Shown: positions 12,131 through 25,566, counted from the whole stretch's first letter. The stretch: 63,787 nt of DNA, filler included, from Rhabdomonas costata (GCA_019059605.1; 45 parts of 45 records of this genome joined end to end with filler, not necessarily neighbours in it), one strand, 5' to 3'. Translations and numbers: made by a program. Notes: generated from the sequence alone by a model not told the origin.

Positions 12131-12626
12131 TCACGCGACTTCAATAAAGTATTCGGGGTAGCAGTGGAAGCTCTGGTACACCACGTACACTGTGCTGCCG
12201 CGGACATGGCAGTCCGCGAGCTGCCCGTTGGGCTGCTTCGCCCGCCGCCCGCTCCCGTCGTCCGTCCCCGGAACCCCCACCGCCACCCTGGCCACAAAGA
12301 TCGCCTTGGCACCACTAGGCATGGTAGAGGCAAAGCCACTTAGGGAGTACGAGCTCTGCGCGCTGAACCACACTCCAAAGGGGTTGGAGTTCGCCGTGTC
12401 GTGGCGGAACCCTGACCTCTTGATGCTGTCGTGGTTGTTGCGGGCGCCGTGGAAGAGGAGCTTCTCATTGGCTGTGCCCCCGGGGCCCTGGGAGAGGATC
12501 TCGCAGGAGGAGTGGTAGCTCCGCCACAGGGGCTTGTCCTGGATCCGTGTCAGGGCCACCACCTTGGAGAACTGCGCTCCTCCGGCCTGCACGTGCGCGA
12601 CAACTTTGTTGTACTCCGCGGCGTAC
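12131..12626 (-). CDS. PARP-family ADP-ribosyltransferase catalytic domain, last exon
   Basis: RIQDKPLWRSY...NEKLLFHG...GFR...FGVWFSAQSSYS...IFVARVAVG...VYVVYQSFHCYPEYFIEVA*; cag acceptor at 12629-12627, TGA at 12133-12131. Confidence 0.9.
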
Positions 12627-12784
12627 CTGAAGAATTCCACGCAAGCACCCCGGCAACTCCTACGCGGTCCTCGGATCCACACGTNNNNNNNNNNNNNNNN
12701 NNNNNNNNNNNNNNNNNNNNNNNNNNNNTTAATTAATTAANNNNNNNNNNNNNNNNNNNNNNNNNNNNNNNNNNNNNNNNNNNN

Positions 12785-14068
12785 AGGAAGTCCCCAAGGA
12801 ACTTCAGCAGAAGGTCCTTCCCCAGCTGCCCCACGCACTCCCCGTGGTCCCCAAGCACGCACACGTTGCACTGCAGGATCAGGAAGGTGGGCAGCGTTGG
12901 GGTGAAGTAGACGTCGGAGTACCCCGGGTTGAACAGGTTGGTGGAGTTGGAGCGCCACCCCACGCTGCGCGCCAGGGGACCGGTCTGCATGCTGAGCGCT
13001 TGGGTGATGTCGTAGTCGGGCACGAATAGGGCCAGGGTGTCAAACTTTGGTATTAGTGTCACAGGATCGAGAAAGTAGACCTCCTCCCCCATGACGCTGC
13101 GGAGGAGAAACAAACGCCAAGGCAGATTTGCAGACGCGGGGTGATCAGCAAGCGGAGAAGGAAGGCCAAAACGGCGGAAAAGGGGAAGCTGACCAGAGTT
13201 GCGTTATTCGAACCTTTGCCCCAAATGCATGAATCACCTAGAACGTCTAGAAATACGACAGCCAACTTGAACACACTCAAACCCTGCAGTATATGATCGC
13301 ATGTCCTATCAATGATTTCACTTCGCAAACGACCCCCAGCCCCCACACCTTTTCCCCATGGAGGCCTCAAAAGTGCGATTCCGTGACAAGATGGTCGTTG
13401 CTGATTTCATGTTATCGGTGCCGTAATAGCAAGATCAGATATCCACCGCCCTTATCCGACCGCGTGTTGCCATCCCGGGAGCCACACCAACCCGATCGCG
13501 GCGCGACTGATTGAGCTCTTCACACTTTTTTTTTTTTGGGAAAATCCGACTGCTGCTGAATGAGAGACACTCCAAACCTGCAGTTGCTGCCCGGGAACGT
13601 CGCCGTGTCGTTGCACACTGTCCCGTTGAAAGAGAAGAACACCGAAAGCTCCGCGAAGGGGTTGAACCCCATCCCTCGACCGTGCCCTGCCACCCCGGGC
13701 CACAGCAGCACGCTCCACACGTACGTCCCCGCCACGCTGACGATGTTGGGCAGTGTCAGCGGTCTCCAAACCTTCCATGCGTTCGTGAAGTCGTCCATCC
13801 GCAGCCCAGCCCGCTGGAAGGATAGAGATTCCGCGAGGTTCAACTGGTGCCCGATCTCCACCTTCGACACGATCAGCGTGGCGACGCTCTGCGCGGCTTC
13901 CTTCATGTTGACCTGGGCAATGTCATGCAGGCTCTTCTGGCTTTGGATGTAGGTCAGATAGAACCCCAGGAATCCCGCAATGACCATCAGAGTGATGAAG
14001 GAGACTGTCAGCAGGACTTTCAGGGAGAGCAGGTTAGTGATGAGCTTCTGGCAAGCAGGGTTTGTCAT
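12785..14068 (-). CDS. Membrane receptor N-terminus (TM helix + Cache-like ectodomain), probably a receptor-type cyclase (exons 14068-13578, 13096-12785)
   Basis: MTNPACQK...SLKVLLTVSFITLMVIAGFLGFYLTY (TM) then SQKSLHDIA helix, later YDITQ...GQLGKDLLLKFLGDFL; phase-2 GT-AG intron keeps frame. Confidence 0.6.
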
Positions 14069-15801
14069 CTTCACTTCGGAGGTTCGAGGTCCAGATGACA
14101 ACCCNNNNNNNNNNNNNNNNNNNNNNNNNNNNNNNNNNNNNNNNNNNNTTAATTAATTAANNNNNNNNNNNNNNNNNNNNNNNNNNNNNNNNNNNNNNNN
14201 NNNNGGAGGGCAGAGCAGGCCGTCCAGCATTAGCACGTCGGCCAACAGCGGGGTGACCTCTGAGGAGCGGAGGTGATGGGCGCCGTTTTTTTTTGGTGCA
14301 ATGGTACCATGGGTGCCTCCTCCCTGCCCCGTGCCCTTGCCCGTTCTGTTATACTTGGGTTTCGTGCCCTCTTTCCAGATAATACACCTGAGGCCCTACC
14401 ACTCACAGAATGGTGCCAGTGCTAGATAAATAGCTACAAATAACGATGATAAAGCGTGAATTATGGGGAACATGACTTAGAAATATTATATCAGAAACAT
14501 GTACACTGTCCCCAGTCACCCAAACCAATGCTGCCGTGAAAGCGTCAAAACATCACCTGATCTGCAGGAGATTGGACTGATCAACTGACTGACTGACTGA
14601 ATGATTGACTCAGCCACCGACAGACGACAACCGACAAGATGCACCAAACAAGCAGACCTGGCAGAAGGAAAAGCAGAAATCTTGAAGGGAAGCAAGGAGG
14701 CGCAGAAGAAACAGGAGAAGGCGAGGTCTAGAAAGGGAAAACGTACCGTTTGCATGGTGGATATTTGCATGCTGGAATAAACGGGAAAAAAGGGAACGAA
14801 AAGGAAAGGGGGAATATCATCGCTTCCCCATGGAACGTAAGGAGACGGTCTTGGAGCACTCGCTCTGATATTCCTTCATCTTCTGACAGCTCAGCACATA
14901 AGATTACAACGGAAAACAAGAGGAAGCTCCTAAAAGTTGCAGAAGGTGAAAACCAGGGGACGTCGTTTCGGCTTCGTCCATCTCATTGTTTTGATGGCTC
15001 TTGCCCCCGCTGCTCTGCGTTGGAACGTTTGCATAAAAATTTTTGAACGGCTGCACTTAGCAGTGCTGCGAGGTTCCGGCCAGAAGGGAGGCAGACCCGT
15101 CCGGGGCCTTTCCCGAGAATTCCTGCCGTATCCGCACCGCAACGATCGTCAGCAGGTACGGACACCTGCACGCACGCATACACACACATCGACTGAACTC
15201 GTAACCTGAGAAAGAACAGGGACATGCCTCTTGTCGGAGTCAAACTGAGAGAGGTAAAGGCATCTGGTCAACAAAACAAGGGTTTGAGGCACGAAGCGAG
15301 TGCCCGTGCACAAGGAGAGAAAAAGGAGAGACGAAGCCCTGCACCAAAGTACTGCACTGAAATGCACTTAGGAATAACACCGTAAGAAAGAGAGAGAGAG
15401 AGAAAGTCAAAACCCACACATTATTTTCTGTAACCACCGTCCTCCCTGCCTCAACCTGAGCTTACCCATCGCGCACCAAGGCCCAACTATGGGGGGCAAC
15501 ACCACAACCACACACACCCAACACNNNNNNNNNNNNNNNNNNNNNNNNNNNNNNNNNNNNNNNNNNNNTTAATTAATTAANNNNNNNNNNNNNNNNNNNN
15601 NNNNNNNNNNNNNNNNNNNNNNNNGTGTGGGTGGTGTGGGGGGGGGTGGGGGTGCAAGCTCGGTAGGTTGGGCACCCGCATGGCATCTCCAATCACGTCA
15701 ATCGGGTTCCTAAAGCACCCAACGGGTTGTCATGGGTTATCAGGCTTTGGGGGTATTGCGAAGGGTGTCTTTCATCGTTCTTCGTTGCCCATATGGTTCA
15801 G

Positions 15802-16589
15802 GTGTGAACATCAACCAAGGGCTTGGCAAGTACAATTACACTGCGCTGTACTTCATGGTGAAGAAGGGCCATGTCCCTGCTGTGGAGCTCCTACTCCAGA
15901 ATGGTGAGTGCTCATTTGCATAGAACCGCAGAGAGGAAGCAATAAAAGGCTCACCACGGGCTGAACGAGGATGCTTGTGAAAGACCCCAGAACGAATCAA
16001 TGAGCCGGGTACGTGTGGGCTTGGCTAGTTGATCTTGGTTCGGGCGGGGTTCATACAATTTCCACGGTAGTCACCGGAGGGGGTTATGCCCTGCCCCCTC
16101 CTCCCAAAAAATGCATCATTAAATGCATTGTCTTTTTGAACTATGATCTAACCATTACCCCCACCTCCACAGTTACGTGCCCTTCCTCTCCAGCTACTTG
16201 TTCCTCTCCACAGGCGCGAACGTGAACCAAGCCTCAACCAACGACGGCAGCACCCCCTTGCACGAGGCCTGTGAGAACGGCAACCTGCAGCTTGCAGAGC
16301 TGCTTCTCAAGCACAGTATGTTTTCCCTTCCTCCCCCCGATGCCCTTCTAAGGTGGCACTGTGGCACATGGATCCGGACGCGGTGGGAATTGGGGCAGTT
16401 CAGGTCAGAACTGGTCACATCGGAAGTTCTGTTGGAAATATTGATCCCTCTTTTTTGGGGGTACAGACGCCAACGTGAATCTCGCGAAGACTGATGATGG
16501 CCGTACCCCGCTGTACATCGTCTGCCACTCGGCCACGGCGCAAAACGAGGACAGCTGTGTGCAGCTTGCGGAGCTTCTCCTGGAAAACG
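15802..16589 (+). CDS. Ankyrin-repeat protein, partial (exons 15802-15903, 16214-16315, 16467-16589)
   Basis: GVNIN...YTALYFMVKKGHVPAVELLLQN; GANVN...GSTPLHEACENGNLQLAELLLKH; ANVN...DGRTPLYIVC...AELLLEN; all introns phase 1 GT-AG. Confidence 0.92.
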
Positions 16590-16638
16590 GTCTTTCTCTA
16601 CGCCTCACATTTGTGCCTTTGTGTGATGGGACGGGATG

Positions 16639-16726
16639 GATGTGATGCGATGCGATGCGATGCGATGTGATGCGATGCGATGCGATGCGATGCGATGCAA
16701 TGCAATGCGATGCGATGCGATGCGAT
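16639..16726 (+). repeat. (GATGC)n pentanucleotide microsatellite, intronic
   Basis: Visible run gatgcgatgc... with a few gatgt/aatgc variants. Confidence 0.95.
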
Positions 16727-17703
16727 TGTGTTGGGTGAGGGAATGTTTGGCTGTCTTTGCCGATGACCTGTGTGTAAGAGAAATCAGCTACATTGGATGC
16801 CATGGAGGACCACGACGATACCTTTGAGACCGGTACAACCCTTTGAAGTGGCTGCTACCACAAAAATCGGAAAATTCATTCATGCAGTTTGACAGCCTTT
16901 GCTTATTGTCAACCAAACACTATTTCGGAATGTTATGGCGACCTAAANNNNNNNNNNNNNNNNNNNNNNNNNNNNNNNNNNNNNNNNNNNNTTAATTAAT
17001 TAANNNNNNNNNNNNNNNNNNNNNNNNNNNNNNNNNNNNNNNNNNNNTTTTGGTGGGCTGCCTGAAATCGCAATTTTAGGCAGCCCACTCTGAAAACAAA
17101 ACGAAGTTTGCACCCTGCGTTCCATGGTGGAAAACTCAGATCGGGTGTCCTGGACAGGGAGTACTTTTGGGCCGCCAAAAACAAAGGGGAGCGAAAGCGA
17201 AAATTCACTGATGAACAGGAAAAAGCAACCAAAGGGTCCCTCCCATCCCATGACAGCTGCTGACCTTGCTTTAGAGTGGCCACGTGGTCCCCTTCGGCGG
17301 AGAGCACCTCAGCAAAGCCGTGGGTGAGCAGGAGCATTTCCTGCGCAAGCGTGCAAGAAATGCGTCGCGCCGCGAAAATCCATTCCAATTGTGTTGAAAA
17401 CTGTCGTGTTAAATTCTGACGGGGTAAAAAATCTTGGGCACCCCTAAGGGGCCATTTGAGTGTGGACTGATTGGCGAAAAAAGGATATCGCTATGGGATT
17501 GTATGGGGGGCAAAGTAGGGCTGAGCACCAAAGAGAGCCCGCGGTAAAAAAAAACCTGCACATATCGCACCAAATGCAAACCGCCAAAGCCAGTAATCAT
17601 AGCCGCATTCCCGGTCCCTCCAAAAGGACATGAATCATCGACAACATCACCAACCTGACCTGACCTGCACTGAATGCCAGAGGTCACCTACTACACCAGG
17701 TAG

Positions 17704-18100
17704 TTCCTGCTGGTTATAGGAGACCTGTTGGCCACTTTCGAAATTACTTACTTCGCTGACTGGTCTGGAGGAATTCATGCTCGCACAATTTAATGGCGAC
17801 GCTATCAAACCATGAGGGCCCATCATTGAGGTGGAGCCTCCCCTCCGGGCCGGTTTTTGTCACCAGGTCTGAGAGAGAGGCGCGGCTCCGGCCGAGACCA
17901 TATTCTTGTTAGTTGGCACATCGGCAGAGCGCCAGCGCGCCAACATCTAATAGCTGCTTTACAGGTTTTGTGTGTTAAAATGAATAGGTCTGCAAAAATG
18001 TGCTGCGGTGCAAGAGCACACCTGCCCCACTTCGCCAGCCACAACGATGAACTCCCCAGGGGAGACCACATTGCTGCTCAGCCGCTGCGCAAGCGCCACT
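17704..18100 (+). mobile_element. Possible decayed AP-endonuclease of a non-LTR retrotransposon
   Basis: One frame carries FLLVIGDLLA (GDFN-like), RGSGRDHILVS (RIDxIL-like) and RGDH (SDH-like) in the right order, with stops. Confidence 0.35.
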
Positions 18101-19647
18101 CGGCACTCCAAGGAGGCCTGCTGGAACAGATGCACCGTCGACACGAAGGCTATCCTCATGTGCAGCGCGAGCTGGTCCTGAAAGGAGACAGAGTGAGGAT
18201 GCCAAGAAAAGATCAGAATGGAGGGGACCCCAACTCCGAGGTGCGGGGCAGATATGTTCCCGGTGACAGTCAGAGAAGACAGCTTTTTTCACCGACGGAT
18301 GGAAGTGCTGACTTGCACGACTTCTGGCAGACAAACAATCTGGAACCACCATTCCCTGCCCCCCACCNNNNNNNNNNNNNNNNNNNNNNNNNNNNNNNNN
18401 NNNNNNNNNNNTTAATTAATTAANNNNNNNNNNNNNNNNNNNNNNNNNNNNNNNNNNNNNNNNNNNNGTGGGTTTGTGGAAGGCCGGGAGCTTGGCGCGG
18501 GCGACACCGAGGGTTTGGACGCCGTCCCGTGTGAGTGGGCCGTTCTGAGCACACCGAGCAGTAGTGGCAAGGCATAGTCAACTCAATGATAAAATGAACG
18601 AAAGGCTGTGGTTTCCGGAAGTGTGATGCTGCAGCTCCTGAATAGTGGGCAGCCACTCAAGCACATCAGGTTGGCTGGCTAACCGCCAAGCTCCTGCCAA
18701 CACGCAGCTAGTACATTGGATGACAGGACAGACTTAACGATGCCAGAAAAGAGCGTGAAGGCTTGAAAAGGGATGATCACGATTGCGATAGGGTTCTTTA
18801 GGTGAAGGCCCTTAATGTTGCAAGGGCCGATGGCAAAATCCATTGGGCACTCGCTGTGAAGGGACGGAAAGAACAGTGGAGCAGCGAGGAGAATCGGCGG
18901 GAGAGAGTACCGTTCGAGTGCCTTTGTGCGACTCCGCTTCTCGCTTGTCCCGCGGCCACCATAAGCCTTCCCATCGGGCCTGAACCAAGAACCCCACCCC
19001 CGGAATTACGTGAATTACGTACATTCGCTCCTTCTCAAGCCCTCTCAGCATGTTTATTGTAGATTCACCCAACAGAGGCGTAACTGACGAGTCATCCGCA
19101 AATGCGAAGAGGAAGACCAAGAAGAAGACGAAGGCGTAGAGGAAAGGCAAAACGTAATTTGTTTCATTGATGCAGCCAAGGTTAGCAGGGAGAAAATGGG
19201 AGCTTGCTATTCTGGAACGAGGACTATATATCACGACTTCAAGAAAGTGATGATGCCCACGACACAAAACCCCTCTAAGCTTGATCCTCACTGTGGCCAA
19301 GCAAGAAAGGCACAGGAAAATGGGCCTTGCACGAACCAGAAAAAATACCTTTGAGAGCTTTGGGGTGCACTTCTGGACCTGATCCGCAAACACATACATA
19401 GCGCATGTGGGTTCAAAACCGACTGGTCCACCACGGAAGAAAAAAACTATGCCAAACTATAGTCAAGAGTGCTATCCAGCACATCCATTTATACAGATGC
19501 ATGCCAACGAACGAACGAAAGCATCACCTCGCCATCCCCCGCCATCCCTTCGCAAAAAATGGCAGCGAAAACAAGCATCGCAGAAAACCATACCGCTCGT
19601 ATTCCCGCACCAGGGCAGGATCTACAGTCCTCGAACGACGTTGCGCA

Positions 19648-19670
19648 CCCTGACCCTGACCCTGACCCTG
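19648..19670 (+). repeat. Short (CCCTGA)n hexamer run
   Basis: ccctgaccctgaccctgaccctg. Confidence 0.8.
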
Positions 19671-22600
19671 CGTTGAGATGCGCGGCGATAGGTGGGGGCA
19701 CTCTAAGCAAGACCAAGGAAGGCCAACAAGGTGATGCGCACCGATGTGACGTTGATAGTGGACGACGGGTGCTGACAGGAGAATTGTNNNNNNNNNNNNN
19801 NNNNNNNNNNNNNNNNNNNNNNNNNNNNNNNTTAATTAATTAANNNNNNNNNNNNNNNNNNNNNNNNNNNNNNNNNNNNNNNNNNNNAACGTCAACACTA
19901 AAAAGCCTCACAACTGCTCATCCGAGCGCATCAATCGATAGCCACAAACACACTCAGTGCCCCATCACACCGGTCCGCGCTGGGCTCTCCGAGCCGGTCT
20001 CAAACAAGCTCTGGCTGGCATCCTGTAGATAGTCCTCCACCATTTTCTGAACTCTCCGATAAAGTTCATGGGAAGCAACCCCGCCCGCGCACCGGGGCGA
20101 GAGTAAGGAGGCTGCAAATTTGCAACGAAAATGCTAATTTTCGAGTCAGCAAGGGTTCAAAACTCCACAGAAGTCGATAACCAGTTATTTGGACCCGAGC
20201 AGGTAGGTTGGTAGCAACACAAAGCTAACCGACAGACCGCCAAAGCCACGCCAGAACTGTCCTTATCAACCAGCCTGGGTGGCACCCGCGGTGCAGAGCC
20301 GATATCAAAAAGGTGCAGGTGCTGAAACTCGGAATCTGCGTGGAGTTGCACAGCTAGCAGCTACCCCGCAATTGCAACAAAGACAATAATCAAGGGGCAA
20401 GAGAATTGATAGGAAAAAGAGCTGAGAGTCGTCTTTTTAAAATATCTGAAATTGCAAAATAATGGGATTACAAGAGTGCTGCAGGGGGAAATATGCCCCA
20501 ATGTCGCGCCGAAGAAAAAAGGCAAGGCACAAGCACACTGGACGCTTTGCGGTCACACCACCACTGTTCACGATATCGTAGCACAGCCTGAGAAAAAACG
20601 CACGACAAAAGAGCGAACGCTAATCAGGGGATGGCAAAATTTTAGTTCGGTCTTCTCCTCAGTGATCAGATTATCAAATGCGTGCGGTATTGACAGGTTG
20701 TGAATGCTTACTGCACGACTGCACTACTGCACTACTGATGTCAGTGTGAGGGGGAGGGGGGGATGTCCACTGCACAACCAAAAGCAAATCGGCAGCGCAG
20801 CACCGCAAGTCTCAACACCTCAAGACAGAAAAAGAAATCCACTACCACCACTGTGGGTTCCTGGCAGTTAGTTGGCTATTTGGTTGATTCGAAACGCCAT
20901 GGGGTCCGCACATGGGGAGTGTCCCATGCTGGGTGCTGGAAAAAGGTAGAAGGAAGAAATTCTTTCAAGCAAGAGAAACACTCCGGGGGTAAAGAGGTGC
21001 TTACCCCACAAAAAGCATGGCCCAGAAAAAGCATGGCGAAGGGGAGGGCGAGGAGGGTACGAACGAGTACCTCTGCATTCGGACGGGGATGCTGTCCGGG
21101 TTGACGGCGAACCCACCGCGGGTCAAGCCCACAATTCGGTGGAACTCCTCCTGCAGGTCCATCCACATCTCCTCATCGGCGGCCGAAAAGGCTGCAGACA
21201 ACCACAANNNNNNNNNNNNNNNNNNNNNNNNNNNNNNNNNNNNNNNNNNNNTTAATTAATTAANNNNNNNNNNNNNNNNNNNNNNNNNNNNNNNNNNNNN
21301 NNNNNNNGTTTTGGGGGGGAAGGTTAGCGATGGGCAACAGCCTTTTCTTAAACGACTTTCCCGCCACCGATGAAAAAGCAGAATAACTGCAAAGGAGAGC
21401 AAAGGTGAAGAGAGAAGAGGAGAGGAGAGGAGCGGTTTGAGGGAAAGGGCTACTTGTTCATTAGTTGGTTCACGGACTTGTTGAGGACCACTCAGATCGG
21501 GTTTTTTGGGAAATTGATTTTTGGGATTTTTGACCAAGATGATTTTGAGTTTGTGTGGTTTTGCTCTCACCTCTTTGCGCCAGTGCGTGTAAAGTAATGC
21601 TACATCCGTAATTTATGAATGCTATGTGTGGGGCGGGTGCGATTTGAAAGCAAACCTTCTGGTGATGCGATGGCCTGCCTGTCTTTTTCTCAAACACAAT
21701 ATGTGCGAAGTGCGGAGTTTGAGACAGCAAAGACATGTGAACGTGGTGGTTCTGGTGGTTCAACTGAGATGAAATGGAGTCCCTTGCAACTTTCATTTTG
21801 AAGCATAGGCTCACTTTTGTTATTGTAGAAAGATGCCGTTCATCTGCATTGGGCCAGTCTGCATTCCATGGAGTGTGGTTTGGCCAGTTGTGGTCCTTCT
21901 GTTTGGGCCTTTGTGGAGGCGCCTTCCCGAGAAGTTCACCAAACCCGTGGAAGGTTTGCGTTCTCTCATGACCCTCCATTTGGAAGGTTAGAATGGGTAA
22001 GCGCAAGGTTTTACGGAGGTTTACGGTTTTACGGTTTTACGGTGCGTTTGGGCTTTCCTCAGTGTGTCAACAGCTACAGTTTCAGACGAATAGGTGGGTG
22101 ATGCTGAGATGTAATTCGGGCAAGTGAAGAGCGGGCTGTGTTTTGTCTCCCTTAGAAGTTTTGTACTATGTGGAAATGACGTCTTCCAAACCTTGGTTGC
22201 GACCAACTCTAAGTGGGTTCCGGTGTCACCTTTCCACCAGCGGAAACTGCGCATCGTTGTACTTTGAAAAAGGAGAAAAGCGTAACCGACAGCGCAGCGC
22301 AACAGGAAACATAATGAAGAATAAGGGACAACGTTACAAAACCGTTTCGGTTTGGTTGAATTATATCTTGTATGACGATATTTGTTGCTTCCAAGTCAAG
22401 AGACATGGATTGGTTATTCGCATTCCGAGGTCTGGTGCCCTCGCATTCCCAGACTTTTTCGAGGCACTTCACGCTCGTCTCAGCCGGTGGCTGGGCAGTG
22501 TTCCTGGGCTGCGGTGGTTTTTTCAGCCCCGAGCGAAACCCAAGCGCGCGGCACAAGGTCCGACCGACGGTCCCCGCTATGTGGGTGTGCCGTGTGCGCT

Positions 22601-22795
22601 TAGTGGTGTACAGCATTTGGGCTCTNNNNNNNNNNNNNNNNNNNNNNNNNNNNNNNNNNNNNNNNNNNNTTAATTAATTAANNNNNNNNNNNNNNNNNNN
22701 NNNNNNNNNNNNNNNNNNNNNNNNNGGTGGTGTGTGTAAAATGGCCCCTCCGGAGAACGAGATGGAGGAGGGGGCCTCGCACACACTGAGCAAAC

Positions 22796-22981
22796 CCGGA
22801 TTGAGAGCTCGCAGTAGCCACAAGGGGCGATCGTCTGCCCACGGGCGATCTTCTCCACAGAAATGCTGAACCAGTCCCCGCAAACACACCGATAGGTATA
22901 GCACTCAGTCAGCTCGTCATATGTCATCTTGCTCAGGCTGACCTCCTCATATATTTCCTCCTCGTTCTCCGGAGGGGCCAT
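22796..22981 (-). CDS. DPH3: Diphthamide biosynthesis protein 3 (Dph3/Kti11, zf-CSL), first exon
   Basis: MAPPENEEEIYEEVSLSKMTYDELTECYTYRCVCGDWFSISVEKIARGQTIAPCGYCELSIR, matching the IYDEV.IEDM...YPCPCGD.F.I...C.SCSL.IRV pattern; GT donor at 22795. Confidence 0.88.
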
Positions 22982-23520
22982 TTTACACGCAGCACCTCGA
23001 CCACCAACCAGCACAGTATGTAACTCGGAAAGACAAAGAAACAATCCGATATGGAAGAAAAATGAGCCAGAAAGGCCAAGCATAGATAACGCACAGTGCT
23101 GCTAGCGGGCATCGCATGTGTAATCACCGCGGCAGGCAGGAACCTTCCGAATGCTGCGATTCCTTTTACAATCAGTGGGGCAACGATTGGTTTGAGAAAT
23201 GCTCAGCATTCTCCAAAAAAGCTCGATAGCTCACAGGAAGTCCCGAGATTTTCCTCCAGCGCATGTTCAAGTGGTCAGCTCAAAACAACGTAAAGGTCGT
23301 CCTAGGAATCACATGAGCACAACAGCGAGGTGCCTCCTCTGTCTGTCGGTCCGACGGTCTGACACATGATCCATCGACAGCGACGCATTCTCCCCTGGCA
23401 CGAGGAAAACCTTTTCGCTTTCCACAAGAGGGGAAAAAAGCACACGACAGCGAACGAGAGAAAGGGAAAGTTCGACCGAGTACACCCCACCCGAAGTCTT
23501 CGCAACGCAAAGGCTATAAC

Positions 23521-23802
23521 TCACTCCACAGCGGCCGCGGCACGCAGGGCGGCGTTCTGCCTCCGCAGCATCTGCACCTCCGCGGTGAGGTTCTGCACGG
23601 TGTCCTGCAGCTCCAGCTGCTGCCGCGTGGTGTGCTCCACGATGCGCTGCAGCTTGACCACGGCGTCCGCGCCAAGAGAGAGTGAGGAGGACCGCTCCAT
23701 TGCCGAGCCGACACCCCCGCCTCCGCCCCCGCCCGCACCGCTGCGGGGCATGCTCATCCTGAGATTGAGTTTCGGGGGGAGGGGGACAACAGGCCTGCCC
23801 AT
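23521..23802 (-). CDS. Last exon of an unknown protein with a C-terminal coiled coil
   Basis: GC3-rich ORF after an ag acceptor: ...VVKLQRIVEHTTRQQLELQDTVQNLTAEVQMLRRQNAALRAAAAVE*. Confidence 0.6.
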   Translation of the reverse strand: MGRPVVPLPPKLNLRMSMPRSGAGGGGGGGVGSAMERSSSLSLGADAVVKLQRIVEHTTRQQLELQDTVQNLTAEVQMLRRQNAALRAAAAVE

Positions 23803-25566
23803 CTACCTACCCAACAGACACCCAAGTGCATTCATGTGTAAAGCCATTCTGTGCATGTAGTGCGCCAAGAGCGCATTGTTGCCTGGATGGTTGTTGGTGA
23901 CTGCTTTGGACTGACGGGTTGTTGGTGCTGCTGGCCATGTACCTTCGGAGCGAACGGTGCAGTGGGGTACCGCCAAGCGCCAAAAGCCCCTCTGCGTGAT
24001 CGTCATCTTGCGCCCTCTGAATTGTAAGTTTGCCTCCAAACCACANNNNNNNNNNNNNNNNNNNNNNNNNNNNNNNNNNNNNNNNNNNNTTAATTAATTA
24101 ANNNNNNNNNNNNNNNNNNNNNNNNNNNNNNNNNNNNNNNNNNNNAGTGTACCTTGCTAGAGGTTTTTTGAATGTTTGTGCGGTTGAGATGTGTGGGTCG
24201 GAAAGTGCATTGGGGGAGAGGAGGGGGACATCTCCACAGCTGCAACAGCGCTGCACTTCCGGAGGGGTGTATTGTTTATGAGAATTATGATTTTAAATGG
24301 GGTTGCTGGGAATCCATTGTACCCAGTTCACTTGTTGGTAAGGCCGTCATTTTGTCGTGTTTATCGCGTTGGATTGAGCAACACCCACCCCGGGATTAAT
24401 GTGCTGCCTTAGTTCCAATAGTGTGCCGATATTGTGCCCTCTCCGCAAGCTTTTTTGCGGTTCATTTTTGTCTGTTCCTCTTTGTTTTTTTTATCCTTTG
24501 TTTCTGCGCTTTGTTCGAGCCGGGGCCGCAATTAACGTGGACGCGTTTCAATTGAGACTTGGAATCACTTCATTGCAGGTTGGAGGCTTTTTTTCAAATG
24601 TTGCGTTGGGTCAGGTAGAGTTTAGCACATGTACAATCGCCGCACGGATGGTTCGGAAAGGGGGGAACGAATGACAATTCTACTGGACATCAATTACCTA
24701 ATGGCTCACCCAACCGCAAGCCTGCACAAACGAACAATATCTTGAAGTGCAAGCCACCCCTTGCCACTCAAAACAGCTGTGGTGAGGCGTTTCTTTTTGA
24801 TGCACCCTCTGTCCAAGAAAGCCTTCTCACAGGGGTTGATTTTCTCTGATTTTGCCAGACTTGAAGCTTAGGTTTCTGTCTTACCCCAGACCCAAGTCAC
24901 TTGTCGATCCGCTCTTGGGCGGACGAAGGCGCTGGTCACTGAAAAGCACAGGTGAAGCGTGCTTTGCTGCGTTCCGCTTTCCGCCCTGCTTTGGATACTT
25001 TTGTATCATGGATCGGGAATTCCGTGGGCTTCTTCTACCACAGGCCCAGTTCAGAAAACTTGTGCTGAAGAGAGTACTTCGCCATGTGGTCCTCCCCGGA
25101 GCTCACCGAGCGTTCCCGAGAGGTTCGGCTCGCGTTTTGCGACATTTTTTTGCCCTGCGCCTGACCTTCACCCTTGTATTCTACTGATTTCCTTCTTTTG
25201 CGCCCGCCCGGGTCATTCTTCTGTCGTTCGGAACGTTCCTTTTGTAACCAACATCGCCCGTGAAAGGAGGGAAACATCTTCCTCCCGAGGCAAGGGAGCG
25301 ATTCTTCACTCATAGTCATGCTGATACCGTTACCCTTACGCCCTAACTCACCAACAACATCCACCCTACCACCTCAGAAGCGCTAAGAACACAAACACAG
25401 GATGCACTCAACCAAGCCATGCCAACATCGCTAACCCTACGAACCCATCAACACGAACCCAACATCNNNNNNNNNNNNNNNNNNNNNNNNNNNNNNNNNN
25501 NNNNNNNNNNTTAATTAATTAANNNNNNNNNNNNNNNNNNNNNNNNNNNNNNNNNNNNNNNNNNNN

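Noticed and set aside
10514-16589. Apparent defence/cell-death cluster (metacaspase, PARP, receptor, ankyrin)
   Set aside because: Each gene lies on a separate unlinked contig; adjacency comes from concatenation.
16405-16827. ORFs with RCDAM / HRIAS repeats
   Set aside because: Translations of the intronic (GATGC)n microsatellite.
19648-19670. Telomere
   Set aside because: Only ~4 variant units, internal to the contig; no TTAGGG array.
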